Positions 8,410-16,040 of a DNA stretch of 64,000 bases are shown piece by piece. The position numbers and the translations under genes are program-made. A model generated the notes under the pieces. The model did not search any database. It was not told the DNA's origin and worked only from the letters and a program-made list of their open reading frames with translations. This DNA is from a virus (taxonomy: Duplodnaviria; Heunggongvirae; Uroviricota; Caudoviricetes). The DNA lies in the IMG/VR virus record IMGVR_UViG_3300037418_003103. One strand, 5' to 3'. How positions within the stretch are numbered: position 1 is the stretch's first letter; each line of letters begins with the position of its first letter.

Positions 8410-8760
8410 ATGCTAAATAAAAAAACTTGGGAGGAGTTTAGAAATACAGGATTGTTTCTGTTTATCAATTCAATACTGCATGCATTCGGATGGGCTATTG
8501 TTCTTGAAGTAGCTGATGATGGTTCTGTTAGTAGCGTATATCCTGCAAGAGTTAAATTTAGAGGCTTCCCACCTGAATCAGTTTCGAAATCCTATGAAAG
8601 AATCGGAGAATATTTAAAAGAAAATTCAGCAGAGATGGCTGAAGAATCGGCTGTAGAAGAGCCTAGTCAGTTACCGAATAGATTCGTGGCCAAAACAAGC
8701 GATAGTGCTCATGTCACACAAGGTATGCTTGGTCGTTATTCAGCGAGTTTAGGTTATTAA
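8410..8760 (+). CDS. Hypothetical phage protein
   Basis: 116 aa; WEEFRNTGLFLFINSILHAFGWAIV...YPARVKFRGF. Confidence 0.75.
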   Translation: MLNKKTWEEFRNTGLFLFINSILHAFGWAIVLEVADDGSVSSVYPARVKFRGFPPESVSKSYERIGEYLKENSAEMAEESAVEEPSQLPNRFVAKTSDSAHVTQGMLGRYSASLGY

Positions 8761-9194
8761 TTTTTCTTCTTTTGAGGAACCAGTTCCAGAAGATTCGCAG
8801 CCACATTAGAACTCATATTCAGGCCCATACTGCGTGTTATCCTGTTAAATTCATCCACTATCTTGTAAGCGTTTGTACTAAGCAGGTTATCCACGTCAGC
8901 TATACCCATTTCGCTCAGGTTATCCACGGCTTCCTTTAGTTTAAATTCATCCTCGAAGGTAGTCTTTACCTGTTTCATCACTTCAGGGTTGGAAATGGCC
9001 TTATCGGCAATGATTTTATTGTAATTGCTCATCTTCTTACCAAGAATATTATTTAGAATCGTTGTAGTGGCCAATAGAACCTCTTTGGTTGACTCTTTAA
9101 TCAGATTTGATTCATTCATCATCTTTGATGAATGGGCCTTAAAATGGCTTAAAATAGCTTTATATTGTTGTTCACTGATTCTTATTCTTGGCAT
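8757..9194 (-). CDS. Putative virion (head-internal) protein
   Basis: IRISEQQY...MMNESNLIKES N-terminus; preceded by the ATATTTAT motif. Confidence 0.6.
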   Translation of the reverse strand: MPRIRISEQQYKAILSHFKAHSSKMMNESNLIKESTKEVLLATTTILNNILGKKMSNYNKIIADKAISNPEVMKQVKTTFEDEFKLKEAVDNLSEMGIADVDNLLSTNAYKIVDEFNRITRSMGLNMSSNVAANLLELVPQKKKN

Positions 9195-9286
9195 GGTAGC
9201 TTTTATTTAAATAAATATATTTAAAAACTTGTTTATTGCGTATAAAAATAGTAATTTTGAATTAAAATTTATATTGGATTGTTATT

Positions 9287-9320
9287 AAACCCTCTATGTT
9301 AGCTAGAGGGGTTTTTTTTT
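9287..9320 (+). terminator. Terminator-like hairpin immediately upstream of the ATG of nuclease gene C
   Basis: AAACCCTCTA-tgttagc-TAGAGGGGTTT followed by a T run ending 4 nt before ATG 9325. Confidence 0.65.
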
Positions 9321-9324
9321 AATT

Positions 9325-11136
9325 ATGTACAAATTAACTACACTAGCAACATTTCTTGAAAGAGCTAAAGAAGTTCATGGTGATAAATATGATTATTCGG
9401 AAGTAGAATACAATGGAACTAAACACAAGGTCAGTATCATTTGTAAGGAACACGGACATTTTTTAATGACTCCAGAAAAACATATAGCAAGAAAACAAGG
9501 CTGTCCATTTTGTGCGGGATTAATTAAAACCACCGAAAACTTTATAAAGAGATCCGAAGCTGTTCATGGAAAGAGGTATGATTATTCTGTTTCTAAATTT
9601 ACTGCTTCTTATAACAAAATTGATATAATTTGTAGAGAACATGGGTTGTTTTCTCAAACAGCAATAGGCCATTATTCTGGCGGTCATTGCCCTAAGTGTG
9701 TGGGTAAGAATAAGACAAACGAGGAAGTAGTTCAAAAATTTATAGAAGTTCATGGCGATAAATATGATTATAGTCTTATAGATTATAAAGGTCAAAGAAA
9801 TAAGATGAGTATAATTTGTCCAAAGCATGGAATATTTAAACAAACATTTAATATACATAAAAAGGGGCATGGATGCCCTATCTGTGCTGGTGCTATTGTA
9901 TCAACTAATCATTTCATTGAAAAAGCAAAATTGGTTCACGGAAACAAATTTGATTATTCTGAATCTAAGTATATTAATAGCAATAAAAAAATTAAAATTA
10001 TCTGTTCAATTCATGGGGCTTTTTATCAAAAGCCTAATAATCATTTACAGGGGCAAGGTTGTCCTAACTGTAAGGGAATGAGTATCACTGAAAAGAAAAC
10101 GAAGTCTACTGAAGAATATATTAAAGAAGCATTTAATGTTCATGGAGATAAATATGATTATTCACAAGTTGAATACGTAGGATGCAGGGATAAAATAAAT
10201 ATCCTGTGTAAAAAGCATGGTGTATTTTCGCAAGATCCTGATTCGCATTTACATGGGGCTGGATGTCCTAAGTGCGGCGTTATTGTTACTCAGAGCGAGA
10301 ATGAAATAAAAACATTCATACATGAACTTGGAATTGGTTTTGAGGATAATGACAGAAATGTTCTTGATGGGCTTGAAATTGACATACTGATACCTGAAAA
10401 AAGAATAGCTATTGAATATGATGGCATTTATTGGCACTCTGAGAAATTTATTGAAAGAAATTTTCATTTAAATAAGACACAAGAAGCAGAAAAAGCTGGT
10501 TACAATTTAATACATATTTTCGAGGATGAATGGAAGAACAAGCCAGAAGTAGTCAAATCCAGGCTTAGAAACATATTGGGTAAAACACCCTATAAATTAT
10601 ATGCAAGAAAATGTCTCATTAAAGAAGTAAACTCATCTGATTCCATAAGATTTTTAGATGTGAGCCATTTACAAGGAGGCGTTAATTCATCAGTTCGATT
10701 GGGACTGTATTATGATAATGAATTAGTTTCATTGATGACCTTTGGTAGAGGTAGATTGGCTATGGGAGGTAATTCTGATCAATTTGAACTGGTTAGATTC
10801 TGTAATAAATTAAATACAAGTGTTATAGGCGCAGCAAGTAGATTACTATCTTATTTCATTAAAAAATATATCCCTAAAGAGATTATATCTTATGCTGATA
10901 AGAGATGGTCAGTGGGTGACCTGTATGATAAGTTAGGTTTTATTAAGACACATGAATCCAGGCCTAACTATTGGTACGTTATTGGAAAAAGCAGAAAACA
11001 CAGGTTTGGTTTTAGGAAATCAATTCTTGTTAAACAGGGCTATGATGCTTCTAAGTCGGAACATGAAATTATGCTTGACCGAAAAATATATAGAATATAT
11101 GATTGTGGTACAATAGTATATAAAAAAACTCTCTAA
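9325..11136 (+). CDS. Hef-like protein C: 5 tandem DUF723-like Zn repeats + Vsr/DUF559-like nuclease + GNAT/Mom-like domain
   Basis: Five F..KA..VHG.KYDYS...Y......IIC..HG.F.Q....H..G.GCP.C repeats; EIDILIP..IAIEYDGIYWHS; FEDEW; FELVRFC..VIGAASRL..ISYAD; RIYDCG. Confidence 0.8.
   Translation: MYKLTTLATFLERAKEVHGDKYDYSEVEYNGTKHKVSIICKEHGHFLMTPEKHIARKQGCPFCAGLIKTTENFIKRSEAVHGKRYDYSVSKFTASYNKIDIICREHGLFSQTAIGHYSGGHCPKCVGKNKTNEEVVQKFIEVHGDKYDYSLIDYKGQRNKMSIICPKHGIFKQTFNIHKKGHGCPICAGAIVSTNHFIEKAKLVHGNKFDYSESKYINSNKKIKIICSIHGAFYQKPNNHLQGQGCPNCKGMSITEKKTKSTEEYIKEAFNVHGDKYDYSQVEYVGCRDKINILCKKHGVFSQDPDSHLHGAGCPKCGVIVTQSENEIKTFIHELGIGFEDNDRNVLDGLEIDILIPEKRIAIEYDGIYWHSEKFIERNFHLNKTQEAEKAGYNLIHIFEDEWKNKPEVVKSRLRNILGKTPYKLYARKCLIKEVNSSDSIRFLDVSHLQGGVNSSVRLGLYYDNELVSLMTFGRGRLAMGGNSDQFELVRFCNKLNTSVIGAASRLLSYFIKKYIPKEIISYADKRWSVGDLYDKLGFIKTHESRPNYWYVIGKSRKHRFGFRKSILVKQGYDASKSEHEIMLDRKIYRIYDCGTIVYKKTL
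9349..10278 (+). repeat. Five approximately 60-aa tandem C-H-H-CxxC zinc-binding repeats within gene C
   Basis: Read directly from the translation; boundaries approximate. Confidence 0.85.
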
Positions 11137-11150
11137 AGTTAGAGAGTTTT
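11125..11150. terminator. Bidirectional terminator between convergent nuclease C and sheath genes
   Basis: AAAACTCTCTAA-ag-TTAGAGAGTTTT. Confidence 0.7.
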
Positions 11151-11169
11151 GGCTTTATATAATTTATTC

Positions 11170-13629
11170 TTAAACGTTATCAAAAGAAGCACCAGTACTA
11201 GTAACAACAAAACCTACTTTTATGAACTCTAAGCTTCGAGTTGGTTTCAAGAAAATAGTTCCGCTCAATTCGTTTCTATCCATTTCCTCGGTTGTTTGAC
11301 TTGTAGTAACTCTAAAGTCGGTTAAGCCTCTTTCCTTTTTAATATTGTTCAATATCGGATTAACAACTCCTTCAAACTGTCCTTTTATTGTAGAATCATC
11401 TTGGTCAAATACCAGCCTAAGTGAAACCGCTGATATCAATTTTCTAGCCTGTAAAAGAAGACGTCTAACATTTATTCTGTTAAGTGCTGTATCATCAACC
11501 TGAAGTGTCTTATTACCCCAGATTTTAATTCCATCACTTGCAAATGTTGCAATTGGGTTGATCCTGTTATCGTATAGTTTATCTCTTTGAGGGCTGGTTA
11601 ATTTAATCCTGCATTTAATAGCGTCGACATCTCCTCTCTGAACACCCGCAACACTGAACCATGGAAATGATATATTATCTGTAAGAGCAATATTTCTTAC
11701 CACATCTCTTGTTGGAGGTAAGTAAACATATACATTATTCTCAGTGTCAAGTATTTGGTTCCAAGGCCAATAAGTTGCTGTATAGTTACTATCAAATTCT
11801 CCACTCAATTGATCAGTTACATCATCTATTGATAGAATTTGACCATCACTATCCGTATCTGGTGTTGTTATGATATAAAGAGAATCGGCCCTTTCCTGTT
11901 CAACTACTTCAATTGCTTCTTCTATTAAATTACTATGATTGAATGAGTCAATACCAGGAGTAGCAAATACATTTATATTTACTGCTTCAGGATTACTAAA
12001 GGTATAAATACCCTCCAAGAATGCATAATAGTCAGAAGTTAATCCTGGCTCATCTGTAGAAAGAACCCTGTTAGAGAAAACGCCGCTTGACAAACCCAAA
12101 ACCCCTTTGCTTCCATGAAGCGTAAAGTCATCTGTATTACTTCTTGAAGATCTGTAAATATCCCATCCATCGAAACCACCGTAAGGGGCAAACGTGAATT
12201 TTCTTGCATATAATTTATCATAAGCAGTACCAATTAGCCCTGTATTTGTTTGGAATTCAGCAGGACCTGTAACGAAAGAAACACTTGTGTTATCAATGGT
12301 TACCGCACTTGCAGTAGCATCCATGTGAAATCCACTTGTACTTCCAGTCCAATCCCCAGTAGCAGATTTACCCTTGTAATCAAAAATATCTGCGTCTATA
12401 CCCGCTGTATCAGATAAACCTAAATAAAACTTACGTTTATTTTCTGAATCTAAGTAAGTGCTTTTATAGCTAATATCAGGCGTAACAACGCTTGCATTTG
12501 AGTTGGATTTATAATCCCTTATAGGATAACCTGTAAAACCAGCAGGAAATGCATCTGAAGTGTCGTTTGATTCATCTAGTTCTAGTAGAACATAAAGAGA
12601 TTTGGACGCAAATTTACCATCCAACGTTCCAATACGTCTTCCAATGAAATTAGAAGAAGTTGGGTCCATGTTGCAACGAGTAAAACTCTCTAGGATACTC
12701 GGATTTGAATCTGTATCATAGAATGCTCTGATGTACACATCAAATTCTTTTTCGTCAGGTTTAATATTAACTATTGATATTTTAAATTGTTCGTTTGCGG
12801 CATTACCATCTGAAATAGTATGGAATCTATATAATTTAAATACTTTGCTACCTCTTAATTCGGATACAACCCACGGAGTAACAGCTTCCTGGTACTCTCT
12901 CTTATAATTTTGAAAAGAAGATGCGTAACTAATTAAACTAAGTGTTACACCTGTAACGCTTCCGCTGGCAAGTAACTTAGTAAACATGCTGTCGTAAAGT
13001 TCTTCCACAAATATAGCAGCTTTTCCGCTCTGCGCCTCTCTACCAAGAACTCTCGGCAGGTAATTTTTCTTAGTTTTATCTAATGATACAGTATAACTAA
13101 ACGCTCCCTGAGTAATAGAATTTCCTGTCAGTATGAAATCTGCAAGTGGGTTAACTGTTGCTCCTGTAACGCTTGTACTAATACCTAAATTGGTTGTACC
13201 TGTTACTTGAAACGCAACTAATTGAGTAGATGGATCTACTGAACCTCTAGAACGAATCAGAGCCACTAACTTGTTATTGGTTGTTCCCGACCCCTTAAGT
13301 GTAATACCCCAGGCAAGTCCTGCATCATAACCAGACAATCCTAGTACTCTGGTAACAAATAATTGATCTGCTTGAGATAAGTATGATTTTGCAATATATG
13401 GTAATTCATACTGTGGCGCACCTGTATCCTTTACGAGTGTGCTATCTAATCCCCCAAAGAAGGATTTAAACTGTGAGTAATCGTTCACAAATATTGGTTG
13501 GAAAGCTGGTCCAAGTGTAGTTTCGCCTACAAGGCCAAGTGTAGTTACACCTATGTTACGTGTAACAAAAGAAATGTCTTTTTCGCTTGTATAAACTCCT
13601 GGACTAACGAAAACCTTATCTAATGCCAT
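11170..13629 (-). CDS. Tail sheath protein
   Basis: FVSPGVYTSEKD N-terminus; YTATYWPW, PWFSVAGVQRG, RDKLYDNRINPI, IWGNKTLQ, LNRINVRRLL, FLKPTRSLEFI sheath C-terminal motifs. Confidence 0.95.
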   Translation of the reverse strand: MALDKVFVSPGVYTSEKDISFVTRNIGVTTLGLVGETTLGPAFQPIFVNDYSQFKSFFGGLDSTLVKDTGAPQYELPYIAKSYLSQADQLFVTRVLGLSGYDAGLAWGITLKGSGTTNNKLVALIRSRGSVDPSTQLVAFQVTGTTNLGISTSVTGATVNPLADFILTGNSITQGAFSYTVSLDKTKKNYLPRVLGREAQSGKAAIFVEELYDSMFTKLLASGSVTGVTLSLISYASSFQNYKREYQEAVTPWVVSELRGSKVFKLYRFHTISDGNAANEQFKISIVNIKPDEKEFDVYIRAFYDTDSNPSILESFTRCNMDPTSSNFIGRRIGTLDGKFASKSLYVLLELDESNDTSDAFPAGFTGYPIRDYKSNSNASVVTPDISYKSTYLDSENKRKFYLGLSDTAGIDADIFDYKGKSATGDWTGSTSGFHMDATASAVTIDNTSVSFVTGPAEFQTNTGLIGTAYDKLYARKFTFAPYGGFDGWDIYRSSRSNTDDFTLHGSKGVLGLSSGVFSNRVLSTDEPGLTSDYYAFLEGIYTFSNPEAVNINVFATPGIDSFNHSNLIEEAIEVVEQERADSLYIITTPDTDSDGQILSIDDVTDQLSGEFDSNYTATYWPWNQILDTENNVYVYLPPTRDVVRNIALTDNISFPWFSVAGVQRGDVDAIKCRIKLTSPQRDKLYDNRINPIATFASDGIKIWGNKTLQVDDTALNRINVRRLLLQARKLISAVSLRLVFDQDDSTIKGQFEGVVNPILNNIKKERGLTDFRVTTSQTTEEMDRNELSGTIFLKPTRSLEFIKVGFVVTSTGASFDNV

Positions 13630-13650
13630 AATTTTAAAATTTTAGTTTAT

Positions 13651-13659
13651 TATAAATAT
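13651..13659 (-). promoter_or_regulatory. Candidate phage late promoter ATATTTATA (sheath)
   Basis: Same motif recurs shortly upstream of at least 13 structural/late starts. Confidence 0.55.
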
Positions 13660-13731
13660 ATTAGAAATAAGTAAAACTTTCTTTTAGCAAAAAATATTAA
13701 ATGTTACTTAAATGGAGTATTTTTAAATAAA

Positions 13732-13758
13732 AAAAGCAACCCGTAATGAGTTGCTTTT
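13732..13758 (-). terminator. Intrinsic terminator at the end of the fibre operon
   Basis: AAAAGCAAC-ccgtaatga-GTTGCTTTT with flanking A/T runs. Confidence 0.65.
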
Positions 13759-13778
13759 AATTATATTTACTTTTTTAG

Positions 13779-14183
13779 TCATTTTACATTGTTATCACCT
13801 ATCGCTTTAAGCGTGTGGTTCTTATCAAGAAAATTTAAGAAATTATTGAGTTCTGTTCCTGTTTTGGTTAATGTTTTAGCTTCCAGGTTGTAGCCAATTA
13901 CTTCAGAAATCGTTTCTTGTTGTGAGCCGAATCTGTGCTGAGAAGTCTTAGTAATCAGTGTATCGTTAAATAATGGAGCACACACTACATTACCGTATTT
14001 ATCAACGCTCTTTGCCATAACTAAGAAAAGGTCTCCGATATAAATAAACGCATTATCAAAGTGCGAAGTAATAAATAGTTTTATTATTGCATACATCACG
14101 CTTATTGGAATAAGCAGCGTTCTAAGAAGTATTGAAGCTGCATAAACAAAAATATTTCTAACAATCTTCTTAAATGCGTCCAT
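13779..14183 (-). CDS. Membrane-associated conserved phage protein
   Basis: Hydrophobic N-terminal helix; SVDKYGNV..FG..QETIS..DKNH motif; likely start MDAFKK at 14183. Confidence 0.65.
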   Translation of the reverse strand: MDAFKKIVRNIFVYAASILLRTLLIPISVMYAIIKLFITSHFDNAFIYIGDLFLVMAKSVDKYGNVVCAPLFNDTLITKTSQHRFGSQQETISEVIGYNLEAKTLTKTGTELNNFLNFLDKNHTLKAIGDNNVK

Positions 14184-14646
14184 CGGCATCAGCTCTTGCA
14201 ATAATACTTGTGATCAGGTCGTCAACAATAACGCTCTGCGTTGCCGCCATCATCTTATAGAATTCATACTCATACATATAAGTCTTTCCTTCAAGAATTC
14301 CACCAGGTCCTGTTGCAGTAGAATCAAAAATCATGTTTGCGCTTGCAAACGGCACACCATTGGTGACATCTACTAGCGTGGTCATGTCAGCGATAATATT
14401 CTTTTGATAAGTAGTGAACCCTACGACGCCGTCTAGACTTTCTCCATAAGTAGTTGTCTCACCGCTTGTAGATGGATCTGGAATAGCAGCGAATGGAATG
14501 ATATTAAGAGATATTATTACTCGTTCTTCTCTTGGTGCGTAGTTAAGGTTAAGAACTTCTGCCTTTCTTTTGATGATGGTTGAGCCAACGGTTTTATCGC
14601 TAACGTTTACAACAATATTAGTTGGTGTTTGTCTTATTAGAGGCAT
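14170..14646 (-). CDS. Hypothetical protein (fibre operon)
   Basis: 158 aa ORF, tightly packed with neighbours. Confidence 0.7.
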   Translation of the reverse strand: MPLIRQTPTNIVVNVSDKTVGSTIIKRKAEVLNLNYAPREERVIISLNIIPFAAIPDPSTSGETTTYGESLDGVVGFTTYQKNIIADMTTLVDVTNGVPFASANMIFDSTATGPGGILEGKTYMYEYEFYKMMAATQSVIVDDLITSIIARADADGRI

Positions 14647-14649
14647 AAG

Positions 14650-15075
14650 TTATGGTTTAATAAATTTAAAAAATTGAGTGTAATTATCAGCTACTTCTAA
14701 TGACTCCAAATATTTTAGTGGAATTGGATCATATTGAATGGATTTTTCTTCTGCGAGCAAATCAGTGTATTCTTTTTGAAAAAGATCCAGATTAGGATTT
14801 CTCTTTTTCTTTTTTTCATCCAAAAATTCTGGAATCGAAATATTTCCATTCTCTTCAACGCCATATTTTTTAATCAATTCGACTCTAAGATCTTTAATCT
14901 TGGTTGCCTCTGATGTTACAGTACTTGCTAGTTGATTCATCCAGTATTTACCAACAAGAGATAATTTTTCAGACAGAAGTCCTTTAAATAAAACCGTTCC
15001 GTCTTGTGCTTGAACACCGTTTAATTCAGCCTCTAATTGTAATAATTCGCTAATTTTAATTTTTTTCTCTTCCAT
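14650..15075 (-). CDS. Hypothetical coiled-coil protein, possible fibre assembly chaperone
   Basis: 141 aa; LRVELIKKYG...FQKEYTDLL pattern; lies downstream of fibre genes. Confidence 0.65.
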   Translation of the reverse strand: MEEKKIKISELLQLEAELNGVQAQDGTVLFKGLLSEKLSLVGKYWMNQLASTVTSEATKIKDLRVELIKKYGVEENGNISIPEFLDEKKKKRNPNLDLFQKEYTDLLAEEKSIQYDPIPLKYLESLEVADNYTQFFKFIKP

Positions 15076-15158
15076 TATTTAATTTTATTTTAAAACTAAG
15101 AGATATTTCTCATTTGTAAAGTCTTGTTATTATTTTTATTGTCTTAACCGAATAATAA

Positions 15159-16040
15159 CTAAAATGAGTAAGATTGATTAGCTGATGTAGTAGGTGATAT
15201 TCCAGTTATATTCAAATTATCGATATGATTATTACCTTGAACCTGAACTGTAAATACTACAGAGCTAGTTCCTGCGGCTAAAACACAAGAACCAGTAAAT
15301 GTTGACTGAGAACCGCCGCTATCAACTGTAACGGAGACGTTAACAGTGATATTAACCTCTACATTGGCACTAGATGTAATTGTTACTGAAAAAACATTAG
15401 GTGTGGTAGGCCAATTATTAATAGTTATAGCTCCATCACCAGCTAAAGCAATATAAATTGAAGTTGGACGGAATACTATGAAATTTTGAGTTGAATTAGA
15501 TTGTGGGGAGATTGATATTAAATTCACAGAATTGATAACAGTATTGTTGTTTATAGGCATATAAACATATCCAACATTAGAGTTAAGCATTCCAGAGAAT
15601 GTTTCAGAAGAAATTACTGTAGAATCATTACCATTTACGCTTATAGTCAATGAGAGAGAATCTGATGCAGATACATCCGAAAGATTTATGGTTATGTATG
15701 CATAGTTTTTTGGCGGAGTATCTTGAGATTGCCAAAGCTGATAAGAATAAATCCATACATACACATTAGTTAAACCATTAGAAGCAGAAGGCGTTAAGTC
15801 TCTTTTAATTACTATCTGATTATTAGATTTATTTGAGAATATTGGATAATTTATATCTATACTAGCCTCGCCATTGATCATATCTTGTTTTGTAAGACAT
15901 GATGGAACATCAACCATTACAAATCCTCCAGGTGGTTTGGTATAGCCAGATTTTAAAACAAAAACATTTGTATTTAAAGCATCAGATAATGAATTTTGAT
16001 CTATTACTTGATTGTTAGCGGAATCTGCCCAAAGTCCCAT
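15159..16040 (-). CDS. Fibre-associated beta-rich virion protein
   Basis: S/T/N/V-rich; start overlaps the stop of the long fibre gene; two similar beta-sandwich-like halves ending ISISPQSNSTQNF and ITGISPTTSANQSY. Confidence 0.65.
   Translation of the reverse strand: MGLWADSANNQVIDQNSLSDALNTNVFVLKSGYTKPPGGFVMVDVPSCLTKQDMINGEASIDINYPIFSNKSNNQIVIKRDLTPSASNGLTNVYVWIYSYQLWQSQDTPPKNYAYITINLSDVSASDSLSLTISVNGNDSTVISSETFSGMLNSNVGYVYMPINNNTVINSVNLISISPQSNSTQNFIVFRPTSIYIALAGDGAITINNWPTTPNVFSVTITSSANVEVNITVNVSVTVDSGGSQSTFTGSCVLAAGTSSVVFTVQVQGNNHIDNLNITGISPTTSANQSYSF

Noticed and set aside
4138-11136. Nuclease genes as intron- or intein-encoded
   Set aside because: Tube and sheath ORFs are uninterrupted and the nucleases are free-standing, two on the opposite strand; no splice or intein motifs were seen
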